Shown: one piece after another, positions 1 through 9,756 of the stretch
Layout of the letters: every line of letters begins with the position of its first letter
Numbering within the stretch: the stretch's first letter is position 1
Source: an uncultured bacterium
Lineage (GTDB): Bacteria > Acidobacteriota > Thermoanaerobaculia > Multivoradales > JAHZIX01
Direction of reading: 5' to 3'
NCBI GenBank assembly: GCA_965368975.1
Contig: CBDUPA010000018.1
Coordinates: forward strand, 64,001 to 128,000
DNA: 64,000 nucleotides
The notes under the pieces: model-generated
Told to the model about the DNA's origin: nothing
The model's input: only the letters and a program-made list of their open reading frames with translations
Database searches by the model: none
Translations under genes and position numbers: made by a program

Positions 1-3000
1 CGTCGCGGCTGGTGAAGCCGGTAGCGCTGGGCGGCAGCACGAAGCGCACAAAGTAACCACCCGGCGGCAGATCTTCGAACAGGTAGTAGCCGGGAGCAGC
101 GAAAGCATCATCGGCTGTCGCCTGCACCTCGACCGGCGGACCATCGTCGCCCCCCGGTTCCGGCGTACCGTCACCGTCAGCGTCCTCGTAGAGTTCGACG
201 GTGACACCGTTGACGCCTTCAGCCACTGGCTCGTCCTGGACGCCATCGGCGTCGAGGTCGAACCAGACGTAGTTGCCCAGCGATGCAGTGGTCGGCGGCA
301 GCAGACCGAGGTCGAGCGTCGGGTTGTCTTCACCCGGCCCGAGGCTGACCAGCGGCGTGCACAGCAGCAGTGGGTCGACATCGGAATCCAGGGCGTCGTT
401 GCCGCCCTGGTCGGGGGCCGTGACGTCGAAGTTCGTCGGCGGCGTGAACTCGACGTAGTAAGAGGCAGGCGTCAGGTCCGAGAAGAGGTACCAACCCGGG
501 TTACCGAACATATCGTCCGCGGTGATCGAGTTGGCGACCAGAACATCGTCTCCAGTCTTGGCCACGCCGTCGGGACCCGGCGAGTAGAGGCGGACAGGCA
601 CGTCGTTGACGCCGGTCGGACCGTCGTCCTGGATACCGTTGCCATTCGTGTCCAGCCACACGAAGTCGCCCAGGCTAGAGGTCGGCGGCGCCTTGGCGAT
701 GATGCCGACCTTGAGCGGCTCGGCGTTCAGCGTGCCACCATCGACGCGCGTGCCCTGGTACCCAAAGGAGTTCCAGGCGATATCGCCGGCCGCGGGCGTC
801 ACCAGGCTGGCGGCCAGGGGTACGTCCGAGGGCGCGATCATGCGCCACTGGAAGTCGAGAGTATCGAGCGGGTTGAGCACGCGGCTACCGAACTCGACTT
901 TGAAAGCACGCACCGAGCTGATCGGCGACGGCGGTACCGTCGTCCAACCGGGCGGGTCGCAGCCGCTCACCGGGCCGCCGACCTCGGGCCGGCATGGATT
1001 CGGTGAGGTGCTGTAGAACACCGCACCGCCCGGCGGCGGCGTGATCGGACCAACCAGGATCGGCGCCCAGAACGAGTCGCGCGGGTTGAGATCGAGCACG
1101 CCGGTATCCCCCACCTCGGGCAGGATGTCGACGATCACGAAGCCGGTCACCGGCACGGTGCCGACATTGGTCACCGTCTCTCGGTAGTCGATCAAGCCGC
1201 CAGGCACGGTGACACCGAAGTTCGGGAACTTAGTGAACCCGACGTCGCACTGCCCCTGCACCAGCTTTTCGGAGGTCAGCTGCGCCACCGCGGCGATGGT
1301 GAAGTTCTCGTTGTCGCGGCACAGCCTGTCGGCCGTCGAGGCGTCACCGTCTTGGTCCAACGTGTCGGTGTCCGAGCCCCCGGAACAGCGCACCAAGACG
1401 CCGGGGGTGTTGTGGGTCTGGCTGCCCGTGTTGGTCAGCGTGCCGCTGATCACGCCGGTGAGCACCTCGGCATCGAAACGGACGTCGATGTTCTGGCCAG
1501 GCGCGATGGTGCCCGAGAGTGTCCAGCGCAGCAGGGTGCTGCCGGCGCCGTCGAAGTTGGGTAGAACCTCGAAATTGGCCACCGTGACACCCGTGCCGTT
1601 GGCAGCGAAAGTCTCGCTGGCGGCAACGAACTGCACGCCAGCCGGCAACAGATCGGTCACAACCGCATTGACCAGCGGCTCGCTGGCCTGCGTCTGGTTG
1701 TCGACCTCGATCTCGAAGCTCACCGTCTGGCCGGGGATGTAGGGCCCGCCGGAGAGTTCTCGCTTGTTGGGTGACGAATAGGTGAAGGGCTCACTGACGT
1801 TGAAGCTGTGACAATCGGAGTCCATGACGGCGGTCGGACCGCTCACCAGCGTCGCCGGTGCGGTGCCGTCGATGCAGTTCTGCACCGAATCGCCCGTGTT
1901 CACCGGGTTGCCCAGGTTGTCGGTCGCCAGCAGCGTCGCCTCGACGCGCGCGCGGTTCGAGTTGTTGACCGCCCGCATGCCGACCGGGATCGGTCCCGCG
2001 AAAGCCCACTCGATCGAGGTCACGTACTCCCCCGCTGCCAGTGCCGGGATCGGGAAGTTGGCGTTGGTGTTGCCGGGGGAACTGCCGAGCACCGAAGGGC
2101 CGCCCAGGTTGGTGCTGTAGGAGATCGTCACCAGGCCGGTATACCCACTGTTGTAGTCGCCGGTGCTGACGCTGACCACGTCGAGCTGCGCCGGCACCGT
2201 GTCCGTGACGGTGATCGAGTCGAGCGGGATGTTGCCATCATTCTCGATCAGTACGTCGTAGAGAAAGGTCTGGCCGAGCGCGGGCGAGGGATAGCCACCA
2301 CCCAGGCGCTTGTCGAGGTCGAGCACCGGAGTCTCGACAAAGGCCTCGACATCGTGCGTCAGGCCCACCGGGCCTACCGCCTGCGGGCTGCCCCCGAGCG
2401 GCGTCATGGTGGCGTTGACCGTGTTGGTCACCATGTCGCCATCGTTGAACGGCGGCGACTCGTAGCGCACCGTCACCTGCAAGTTGAGCGGACTCGACAC
2501 CGTGGCACTGAAGCCGGCGCCGCCGTTGTCCCAGGTCACCGTGTGGCCGATCGCGTCGTAGGCACCACCGTTGTTGGCGCTGACGAAGATCGCGCCGGCC
2601 GGCAAAGTGTCCACCACCGTGACGGCGCTGACGTTCAGGCTGCCCGAGTTGTTGAGCGCACCGACCGTGATGTTGTAGGTGGAGTCGAAGCCGAGCAGCG
2701 CTTGACCGCCGGACAGGCTCTTCTGCAAGCGCGGCATGAAGGTGGCGTTGGCGGTCACATCTACCGGATTGGAGGTGCTGGGCGGCACGTTGGTGCCCGT
2801 CGCCGTGGCTGTGTTCGTGCGTGTGGTGCCGTCCGGGGTCGAGCCGTTGCGGAAGCGAACCGTAATGTCCAGATCACCCGCACTGCCGGCGGCTAGCGGC
2901 GTGTTGAAGATGAACTCGACCTGCGGTCCACCCGGCAGACCGGTGCCCAGCGTGCCGACCGCCGGTGCATTGACCGTCGCGACATCGCCAGTGGCGAGCA

Positions 3001-3232
3001 CGGAGACGAATTCCAGATCCGCCGGCAGCACGTCGAGCACCACGATGTCGTCGCAGTCGTTGGTGGTCGACGCACAGTTGTAGGTAATGCGGTAGGTGAA
3101 GTTGCTACCGGTATCGACCACATTGCCGGGGCCCACGCCCTGAACTGCTTTGGCCAACGGAAAGGTCTGGGCCAGCATCAGCCCCGGAAAAGCCAAACCT
3201 GTGATCAACGCCAGGATAAACAACCGAATCAC
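1..3232 (-). CDS. Large secreted adhesin-like protein with DUF11-type and SdrD B-like (Cna-B) repeats; 3' end beyond window
   Basis: Missing from the ORF track because it has no stop in the window. Manual translation from GTG 3232 (GGAGGG RBS at 3245-3250) gives the signal peptide MIRLFILALITGLAFPGLMLAQ, then DUF11-like TYRITYNC..VVLDVLP and VTVVDTLPAG units, then SdrD-B motifs SLGDFVWLDTNGNGIQD, SLGNYVWFDLDADGVQD and GYYLFEDLPPGGYFVRF. Confidence 0.85.
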   Translation of the reverse strand, partial: MIRLFILALITGLAFPGLMLAQTFPLAKAVQGVGPGNVVDTGSNFTYRITYNCASTTNDCDDIVVLDVLPADLEFVSVLATGDVATVNAPAVGTLGTGLPGGPQVEFIFNTPLAAGSAGDLDITVRFRNGSTPDGTTRTNTATATGTNVPPSTSNPVDVTANATFMPRLQKSLSGGQALLGFDSTYNITVGALNNSGSLNVSAVTVVDTLPAGAIFVSANNGGAYDAIGHTVTWDNGGAGFSATVSSPLNLQVTVRYESPPFNDGDMVTNTVNATMTPLGGSPQAVGPVGLTHDVEAFVETPVLDLDKRLGGGYPSPALGQTFLYDVLIENDGNIPLDSITVTDTVPAQLDVVSVSTGDYNSGYTGLVTISYSTNLGGPSVLGSSPGNTNANFPIPALAAGEYVTSIEWAFAGPIPVGMRAVNNSNRARVEATLLATDNLGNPVNTGDSVQNCIDGTAPATLVSGPTAVMDSDCHSFNVSEPFTYSSPNKRELSGGPYIPGQTVSFEIEVDNQTQASEPLVNAVVTDLLPAGVQFVAASETFAANGTGVTVANFEVLPNFDGAGSTLLRWTLSGTIAPGQNIDVRFDAEVLTGVISGTLTNTGSQTHNTPGVLVRCSGGSDTDTLDQDGDASTADRLCRDNENFTIAAVAQLTSEKLVQGQCDVGFTKFPNFGVTVPGGLIDYRETVTNVGTVPVTGFVIVDILPEVGDTGVLDLNPRDSFWAPILVGPITPPPGGAVFYSTSPNPCRPEVGGPVSGCDPPGWTTVPPSPISSVRAFKVEFGSRVLNPLDTLDFQWRMIAPSDVPLAASLVTPAAGDIAWNSFGYQGTRVDGGTLNAEPLKVGIIAKAPPTSSLGDFVWLDTNGNGIQDDGPTGVNDVPVRLYSPGPDGVAKTGDDVLVANSITADDMFGNPGWYLFSDLTPASYYVEFTPPTNFDVTAPDQGGNDALDSDVDPLLLCTPLVSLGPGEDNPTLDLGLLPPTTASLGNYVWFDLDADGVQDEPVAEGVNGVTVELYEDADGDGTPEPGGDDGPPVEVQATADDAFAAPGYYLFEDLPPGGYFVRFVLPPSATGFTSRD

Positions 3233-3358
3233 TCGACACAGAATCCCTCCGAGCATGGCTCGTCTCCTCTGCACATGTAGCAATTTGAGGATCATCCCTC
3301 ATTTCCAAAAAGAGGGCGATCTAGATGAACTCAGATGATACCGAAGCTATCGCGAGAA

Positions 3359-4102
3359 TCAACGACGAAGTAGCGGCAGGGCAACAGCAGACAGCAGCAA
3401 GATCAGCAGCACCATGCCCCACTCATCGAGCGTGGGAATCGTCACGACCGGAGTCGGAGCCACGGCCGGGTCATAGGAAAGGGTCCACGCGAAGCCATCA
3501 CCGGCGCCAGGTATCGGCTCCGTATCGGTCACCGTGAAGGTGACCGAAGTGATCGGGCCAAACAGCTCGACGGTGCCACAACCTCCATTCGGGTTGCCTC
3601 CCGCAAGGTCTTCGCAACCTCCCAAGAGCGCCTGGGCCGGCGTCGAGTTGAGCACCGATCCCGTGACTTCGAATTCCGGGTTGCCTGATAAGCGAGCCAC
3701 GGTCACGCCACCGAAGTCAACGGTTCCGAAGTCCAGATTGACGAAATGGAAGCGCGGATTGAGCACTGGTTGCGAGAAGGTAACAGTCAGGTCGGCGGAA
3801 CCAACGGTGCCGCCGGCATCCACACTACCGATGGACCAGACCGTACCCACGGGCGGCGTCGGCGTGAACCAGACGTCTGGATAGTTCGCACTACCGTCGA
3901 CCGGTATCGTAAGGCTCAGCAAGGTATTCACAGCACTGATGGCATTCCCCGTGCTGGCGGTGCCGGTCACCGCGCCGCCGAAGTCGAAGGTAGTGTTACT
4001 GGTCCAGTTGGCGAAGACCTGCTGTGCGCTGGCGGCAGAAGGGACCAGCAGCACCAGAGCGGCGAACAGAGACAGGGCGACGCGGAAGCAAGTTCGGAAC
4101 AT
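3359..4102 (-). CDS. IPTL-CTERM sorting domain surface protein
   Basis: Signal peptide MFRTCFRVALSLFAALVLLVPSAASA; C-terminal IPTLDEWGMVLLILLLSAVALPLLRR (IPTL motif, TM helix, basic tail). Confidence 0.85.
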   Translation of the reverse strand: MFRTCFRVALSLFAALVLLVPSAASAQQVFANWTSNTTFDFGGAVTGTASTGNAISAVNTLLSLTIPVDGSANYPDVWFTPTPPVGTVWSIGSVDAGGTVGSADLTVTFSQPVLNPRFHFVNLDFGTVDFGGVTVARLSGNPEFEVTGSVLNSTPAQALLGGCEDLAGGNPNGGCGTVELFGPITSVTFTVTDTEPIPGAGDGFAWTLSYDPAVAPTPVVTIPTLDEWGMVLLILLLSAVALPLLRR

Positions 4103-4152
4103 GGGGCTCTCCTTCAGGGTAGAGTTGCAAGACATCGATACCCAGAAGGCAT

Positions 4153-4168
4153 AGCAAAGCCAGTGCCA
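4153..4168 (-). promoter_or_regulatory. sigma54 (-24/-12) promoter for the IPTL-CTERM gene
   Basis: Minus strand TGGCAC-TGGCT-TTGCT, matching consensus TGGCAC-N5-TTGCW, about 50 bp upstream of ATG 4102. Confidence 0.8.
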
Positions 4169-4208
4169 GGTGCGACGACAGTTAGGTGGTGCCAACGCAC
4201 GTCCCCGC

Positions 4209-4266
4209 GGACACCATCGTACACAAATGAACATACCTGGACATGCCGACGAACATCCTTGGACAT
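4209..4266. repeat. Six helically phased GnACAY direct repeats (candidate enhancer/UAS)
   Basis: GGACAC 4209, GTACAC 4219, GAACAT 4229, GGACAT 4239, GAACAT 4251, GGACAT 4261 (spacings 10,10,10,12,10), upstream of the sigma54 promoter at 4153-4168. Confidence 0.6.
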
Positions 4267-4309
4267 GGCTGATGCCGTCAGCGCTATCCGAACCGACTCG
4301 CGAGTCAGT

Positions 4310-6004
4310 TCACGGGTCGGACAAGAGCCCTAGGCCTCGCGCGCGTCGCTTGAGGCCCGCTAGCGAGACACGCAACTCGGCCGCCCCCCGCCGCAAGCTG
4401 CCACCATTGCGTTCCAGGACCTGCCTCAACTCCTGCTCCGAGATATCGACTGCTTTGCGCAGCTGCGAACAATCGTCGATCAGGCGGTACAGCGTCGGCC
4501 GCGAGACACCCAGGGCCTGCGCCGCCGGTTTGAGCTGCCAGTGGTGCTGCTCCAGCACCTGCAACAATTCCTCCTCCGTCACCTCGACCGCACGCCGGAA
4601 GCGCCCGGAGTCCGTCACCGACGGCTCTGTGGGCCGCACCACGCTGGTGTGCTGGGTCTGCTGCTCGATCGCGGCTGGCCGGGACGCCGGAGAAGGCTTG
4701 GGAGACGGCAGCAGCCGCTCCAGCGAGGCTGCGTCGGTGTGCGGGTCAGGGCTGTTGCGGTACATCACCAGCTGGCGCGCTACGTTACGCAGCTGACGCA
4801 CGTTGCCTGGCCAGTCGTAGCGCACCAGCCGGGCCACCAGTTGCGCCGGCGGCCACGGCGTCTCGGAACCAGTGTGCTCCAGCGTCTCGGGCGTCGTCAG
4901 GTCCGCCAGTTCGCGGCCCAGAAAGTGGTAGAGCAAGCGGGCCACATCGTCGCGTCGCTGGCGCAGCGGCGGCAGGTGGATTTCGCAGCCGGCCAGACGG
5001 TACAGCAAGGGCGCCCGGAACGAACCACGCTCGATCGCCGCTTCCAGGTCCTCGTCGGTCGCCGCCAGCACCCGCACGTCGATCTGACGGCTCTCGGCAC
5101 TGCCCACGGCATGGATCTCACCACTCTCCAACGCCCGCAGCAGCGCGACCTGCACCTCCAGCGGCGCGGCTCCGATCTCGTCCAGAAACAGCGTGCCGCC
5201 CTCGGCGCGCTGGAAGAACCCCTGCTTGGCACGGTCGGCACCGGTATAGGCTCCGCGCACGGCACCGAACAACTCGGCCGCCGCCAGTGACGTCGGCAAG
5301 GCGCCCATGTTGACCGCCACGAAAGGCCGGTGGCGCCGGCGGCCGATATCGTGCAACGCGCGCGCTGCCAATTCTTTTCCGGTACCGCTCTCGCCACGTA
5401 GCAACACCGGTACGTCCAGCTCGGCCGCGGCGCGCACCTCCTGGCGCAAACGCAGGATGGCGTCCGACTCGCCTTCCAGACCAAACGACGGCAACACCGG
5501 CGGCACCGGGTCCATCAGATGTAGCAACAGCGCCACCCGGCGCGCCAGCACCAGCACGACACCGGCTTCGATCTGCGTCGCGGTCAGTGCCATGCGGCCG
5601 GTCAGCACCTCGTCGTTGACGCGCACCGAGGTCTTGCACTGGTTGGCATCGAGCGTCACGCCCCCCTCGGCCTCAGTGCCGCCTGCCCCCGGCAAGAGCA
5701 AGAGCGGGCGACGGCTCAGATGCGGCTCTTCCAGGGGCCGCGGCACCGCGCTGCCGGCAGCCGCCCCGACGAACAGTGGGTGCAGACGCGACAGCTGCAC
5801 CGGCTGCCCCGACACCAACTCGGGGAGCACCACGCGTTCCCCCACCCGCCGCGGGTCCGGATGGCTCAGGATGACCACCCCTGGCACTCGCGGACTCTGG
5901 TCGAGGCTCGCCAGGTGATCGGTCGTGCACGTGGTTTCCTGTGTCGGATCTCCAGCGTTCATCGAAGCCCCGGCATCGAACCCAGACATCGCTTGCATTG
6001 GCAT
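4310..6004 (-). CDS. sigma54-dependent enhancer-binding protein (FHA-like N-terminus, AAA+, tandem Fis-type HTH); start uncertain
   Basis: Walker A GESGTGKE, GAYTGA loop, Walker B FLDEIG and WPGNVRQL. Two HTHs: AAQALGVSRPTLYR and AAELRVSLAGLKRR. Confidence 0.9.
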   Translation of the reverse strand: MPMQAMSGFDAGASMNAGDPTQETTCTTDHLASLDQSPRVPGVVILSHPDPRRVGERVVLPELVSGQPVQLSRLHPLFVGAAAGSAVPRPLEEPHLSRRPLLLLPGAGGTEAEGGVTLDANQCKTSVRVNDEVLTGRMALTATQIEAGVVLVLARRVALLLHLMDPVPPVLPSFGLEGESDAILRLRQEVRAAAELDVPVLLRGESGTGKELAARALHDIGRRRHRPFVAVNMGALPTSLAAAELFGAVRGAYTGADRAKQGFFQRAEGGTLFLDEIGAAPLEVQVALLRALESGEIHAVGSAESRQIDVRVLAATDEDLEAAIERGSFRAPLLYRLAGCEIHLPPLRQRRDDVARLLYHFLGRELADLTTPETLEHTGSETPWPPAQLVARLVRYDWPGNVRQLRNVARQLVMYRNSPDPHTDAASLERLLPSPKPSPASRPAAIEQQTQHTSVVRPTEPSVTDSGRFRRAVEVTEEELLQVLEQHHWQLKPAAQALGVSRPTLYRLIDDCSQLRKAVDISEQELRQVLERNGGSLRRGAAELRVSLAGLKRRARGLGLLSDP

Positions 6005-6050
6005 GGCCAGAGTGTACTCGATTCCGAAACCGCCTTCGAAGCGTCGAATC

Positions 6051-6066
6051 TGGCATGTGCTTTGCT
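6051..6066 (+). promoter_or_regulatory. sigma54 promoter for ORF 6196
   Basis: TGGCAT-GTGCT-TTGCT. Confidence 0.75.
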
Positions 6067-6195
6067 AGAGTCCATCCATATTCCGGACCGGTTTTCCAGG
6101 CACAGAAGACCGGTTCAAAGAAATTCGCATTCTGATTATGATGTCAGGATCGCGAGAAGTGACGCCAACCCGTTTGATGTACTCAAGGAGTTCCA

Positions 6196-6753
6196 ATGGC
6201 TCTCAAGCATCCCAACGCCATCCCTGCGGGCCTCATCCCCGCGGGCACCGACGACAACTTCGACTACTACGCAAAGTACGAGGCTTCTGGAAACACCCTC
6301 AACTTCTACTCCGATCCTGAGGGCACCGAAGCAACGACTCCGCCTGGCTGTGTCACCGACAAGAACAAGAAGTTCGGACACATCCTGGTGATGACCAACA
6401 ACTCAGAAGGTACCTTCGCCGATCCGGCGGTGACATGGGAAGGCCAGGTTCCGAACACGACTCCACCGCCCCCCATCAGCGCCGTCACCCGTTCCACGGA
6501 AGGCGAAGGCTTCTCGTTCGTCGACGACAACGACCCGCGACCGGAAAACACGACCACGTATCACTTCACCATCTGGGTACACCCCAACGCGGGCGGCAAT
6601 CCGACCGGTCATGAAGAAGTCGCGCCTCAGGCCGTGCCGATGGGTCCCGGCCCCGTGGTCATCGGCTTCGGCCCCAGCGGCACAGAGCACGGCTTCGATC
6701 CGACCGTGGTCAACAAGGGTGAGTACGGGGGCGACGGCGGCACCGGTAGCTGA
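6196..6753 (+). CDS. Hypothetical 185-aa protein, beta-rich, C-terminal DPxVxN motif (DP-EP-like)
   Basis: AAGGAG RBS and an upstream sigma54 promoter; ends ...YHFTIWV...FDPTVVNKG. Family assignment is tentative. Confidence 0.7.
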   Translation: MALKHPNAIPAGLIPAGTDDNFDYYAKYEASGNTLNFYSDPEGTEATTPPGCVTDKNKKFGHILVMTNNSEGTFADPAVTWEGQVPNTTPPPPISAVTRSTEGEGFSFVDDNDPRPENTTTYHFTIWVHPNAGGNPTGHEEVAPQAVPMGPGPVVIGFGPSGTEHGFDPTVVNKGEYGGDGGTGS

Positions 6754-6800
6754 ACCAGCAACTCCCTGAGCAGCTGCAAAGCAGCGCGGCCGACCACCGC

Positions 6801-9545
6801 TCAGTTGGTGGTCGGCTGGCTGGCCGCCGCGGAGAGACCCAGGCGCGACCGTAACTCGTCGAACCAGGGAAACGAGAACCAGCGCGGTTCGAAGTCTTGC
6901 TCCAGCGCACGCCGAGCGTTGACCAGGGCCGAAGCCTCGTCGCCGACCAGCGCGTAGACCAGGGCCGCCTCGTAGCTCACCTGCGGGTTGTCCGGAAACT
7001 GACGCAGTGCCGCCTGTACCGACGCCACGGCCTCCTCGTGCCGCTGCAGGCGGGCCTGCGCCTGCGCCCGCACGGTCAGCAGCGCCTCCGGCCGCGGATC
7101 GTCCGCCGCTAGCTCCAAGACGCGCCCGTAGAGCTGCGCCGCGACGTCCTCGTGACCCAGTAACAGCTCGGCATCCGCCAAGTTGAGCGCGGTATAGGGC
7201 GACGATGGACCCAGGCCAAAGGCCTGATGGAAGCGCGCGGCAGCCTCCTGGTAGCGCTGCAGCAGCAGGTAAGCTGTGCCTAGGTTGGTCAGCTCGGTAA
7301 CCTCCGGCGAGCGCTCCACCAACCGCTCGTAGAGCTCGGCCGCACGCTGTGCACTGCCGTTGAGCAGTTCCAGCTGTGCCAGCCGCGACAGGCCATCGAA
7401 GTGATCCGGCGCCAGCCGCAGGCCCGCCTCCAGACTGGCACGCGCCCCCTCGACGTCCCCTTGGCGGTAGAGCAGGTCCGCCAGGTCGAAGTAATAGGCC
7501 AACGACGGCAGTCTCTCGACCGCCTCACGCATCGCCGCCACCGCTTCCACGCCGCGTCCGCGCCGCTCCAGCAACAAGGCCCCATGCATCAGGCTCAGAG
7601 CATTGCCCGGCTCCAAGCGTCGCAGCTTGTCCAAGTGGCCTTCCGCCTCGTCCAGACGGCCAGCGATACGCGCCACCTGTATCGAGCGCGCCAACACCTG
7701 CGCATCTTCAGGTGCCAGCTCCCGGGCCCGCCGCAGTGCCGCCTCGGCTCGCTCCAGATCGTCTCGGTCGCGTTGCTCCTGGAAGCGCTGCAGGTAGATC
7801 TGCACGCGCAGCAGCGGCGCCGCCAGGAAGCGTGGTGACGACTGCTCCAGGGTCTCCAGGTCGCTCAGCAACTGCGTCGAAGAACGCACCGTCGTCCGCT
7901 GTAGGTAGCTCTGGTAGAGGCGCAGGAACCTCTCATAGTCCTCGGCGCGCACCTCCAGATCCGGGACACCCGACTGCAGCCGTTCGTCGGGATAGCCACG
8001 TCGCAGGTGGTCGAGTACTGCTCGCGAGGTCACTAGCAGCTGCCGCCGATCGACACTGAAGCTCTCCGTCCACAGCACCCGGCCGTCGCTGCCTCGTACG
8101 CGCCGCAGCACCGCCTGACAGGCGCGTCGATCACACTCCAACCGTGACGTCAGAACCTCGTCGGCAGCTACCGTGCGCGCCAGCTCGACCAGGTCTGCTT
8201 GCGTACCACCTTCGGCCATGGTCCCCTCCACCGGTGCCAGCCGCCGAAAGCCGAGGATGCCCCGCAGCAAGGCCGTATGGACCGCATTCGCCGTCAACTG
8301 CAGATCTTCGCGCTCCTCCTCCTCATCCTGCCCGTTGACCACCACCGCTGTGTGCGGCACCGCGACATAGCGCTGCTCCATCGGCGGTCGCAAGTTCCAC
8401 CACAGTGCGCCCGCGAGCACAGCAACCGTCAGTGCCAGGATCACGATCCAGCCCGACTTCCTCGCCGAACCCGTCCGCGAAGATACCGTCGATGGCGTCT
8501 CCTGGAGGTCTGGCGGCACCGCCGAGGCCGGTTGTGGTTGCTCCCAGGCTGTCGGCCCGGCCGTGGCCTGCTCCCCTGACCCCAGGGTTGGAGCTGCCTG
8601 CTGAGCGTAGGATTCGTAGCTTTGCTGCAGCCCGCTCCCGCCATCGAACTGCGCCAGGTCGCGCAGGGCCTGTTCGGCACTCTGCGGTCGCTGCAGCGGG
8701 TCCTTCTCCATCAAGCGCTCCACAAAGGCCGAGAGCCCCGGCGGCACCATCGGGTCGAGGAGGTGCGGCGGCGGCGGCTTGGCGGTGCAGATTCGGTGCA
8801 CGATCATCGCCGGCGCTTCGGCCCGGAAAGGCGAGCGTCCGGTCAGCAACTCATAGAGGATCGACCCCAGAGCAAACAGATCCGTCCGCTGATCCACCGG
8901 CCGTCCCAAGACCTGCTCCGGCGCCATCGCGGTCATGGTGCCGGCGATGTGGCCCTCACGAGTCAACCGCGTCTCGTCGACACCCACGCCGAAGCGGCCG
9001 GCGATGCCGAAGTCCAGAATCTTGACCTGCTCGCCCTCGTCGCCGGTCTCACCATGGCTGAGCATGATGTTCTCCGGCTTCAAGTCGCGATGCACCACAC
9101 CCGCCGCGTGCGCCGCCGCCAACCCCCGCAACAACTGCCGCGCCATGCGTAGCACCCGCGACGGCTCCAGCGGCCCGTCGCGCAGAACCTGGCGGAGCGA
9201 GCGTCCGTCCACCAATTCCATGACGATCCACTCGCCGCTCTCCTCCTCCACCCAATCGTGCACTTGCACGATCGCCGAATGCCGCAGCCGAGCCACCAGC
9301 CGCGCCTCTCGGCGCAAGCGCTTCGCCTGGTTGCCCGAGTCCGTGCCCGGCCGGATCCGCTTCAGCGCCACCGGCCGATCGAGCCGAGAATCGAATCCGG
9401 CGTAGACCTCCCCCATGCCCCCCTCGCCCAGGCGGCCTTGCACCTGATAGGGGCCGACAGTCAAGCCCGACTCGGAAGAGATCTCCCCCGACGGGGTCGC
9501 CTCGGACAAGTCGAGCTCAGATGGGGGGTGCTGAGGCTCAGTCAT
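6801..9545 (-). CDS. Membrane Ser/Thr protein kinase with C-terminal TPR repeats
   Basis: LGEGGMGEVY, VALK, HRDLKPEN, DFG, APEQ and DLFALG motifs; TM segment WIVILALTVAVLAGALWW; TPR-like helices. Start placed at MTEPQ, which is uncertain. Confidence 0.92.
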   Translation of the reverse strand: MTEPQHPPSELDLSEATPSGEISSESGLTVGPYQVQGRLGEGGMGEVYAGFDSRLDRPVALKRIRPGTDSGNQAKRLRREARLVARLRHSAIVQVHDWVEEESGEWIVMELVDGRSLRQVLRDGPLEPSRVLRMARQLLRGLAAAHAAGVVHRDLKPENIMLSHGETGDEGEQVKILDFGIAGRFGVGVDETRLTREGHIAGTMTAMAPEQVLGRPVDQRTDLFALGSILYELLTGRSPFRAEAPAMIVHRICTAKPPPPHLLDPMVPPGLSAFVERLMEKDPLQRPQSAEQALRDLAQFDGGSGLQQSYESYAQQAAPTLGSGEQATAGPTAWEQPQPASAVPPDLQETPSTVSSRTGSARKSGWIVILALTVAVLAGALWWNLRPPMEQRYVAVPHTAVVVNGQDEEEEREDLQLTANAVHTALLRGILGFRRLAPVEGTMAEGGTQADLVELARTVAADEVLTSRLECDRRACQAVLRRVRGSDGRVLWTESFSVDRRQLLVTSRAVLDHLRRGYPDERLQSGVPDLEVRAEDYERFLRLYQSYLQRTTVRSSTQLLSDLETLEQSSPRFLAAPLLRVQIYLQRFQEQRDRDDLERAEAALRRARELAPEDAQVLARSIQVARIAGRLDEAEGHLDKLRRLEPGNALSLMHGALLLERRGRGVEAVAAMREAVERLPSLAYYFDLADLLYRQGDVEGARASLEAGLRLAPDHFDGLSRLAQLELLNGSAQRAAELYERLVERSPEVTELTNLGTAYLLLQRYQEAAARFHQAFGLGPSSPYTALNLADAELLLGHEDVAAQLYGRVLELAADDPRPEALLTVRAQAQARLQRHEEAVASVQAALRQFPDNPQVSYEAALVYALVGDEASALVNARRALEQDFEPRWFSFPWFDELRSRLGLSAAASQPTTN

Positions 9546-9651
9546 CGTAGATCCCGGAACCTTCGGTTCGGAGTCTTGGGATTCTACGCTAATCCTCAGG
9601 TCGTCTGCTTTCCGACAGCCGTAGGCGCAAGCTATCCACGATCGCCCACTC

Positions 9652-9686
9652 ATGTCCGTGGATGTCCAACGAACAGGAACGGACAC
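9652..9686. promoter_or_regulatory. Phased RTGTnC/GnACAN dyad (candidate UAS)
   Basis: ATGTCC 9652, ATGTCC 9662, GAACAG 9671, GGACAC 9681. Same motif and 10-bp phasing as 4209-4266. Confidence 0.5.
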
Positions 9687-9729
9687 CGAAAAACCGCTCC
9701 ACAAAGCCGAGAACCAGGCTCTCGGACAC

Positions 9730-9745
9730 TGGCACTACTCTTGCA
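9730..9745 (+). promoter_or_regulatory. Consensus sigma54 promoter
   Basis: TGGCAC-TACTC-TTGCA, an exact match to consensus. Confidence 0.85.
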
Positions 9746-9756
9746 TTTGACCAACA

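Noticed and set aside
273-3083. Plus-strand ORFs such as 1808..2896
   Set aside because: They are antisense shadows of the minus-strand adhesin, typical of high-GC DNA.
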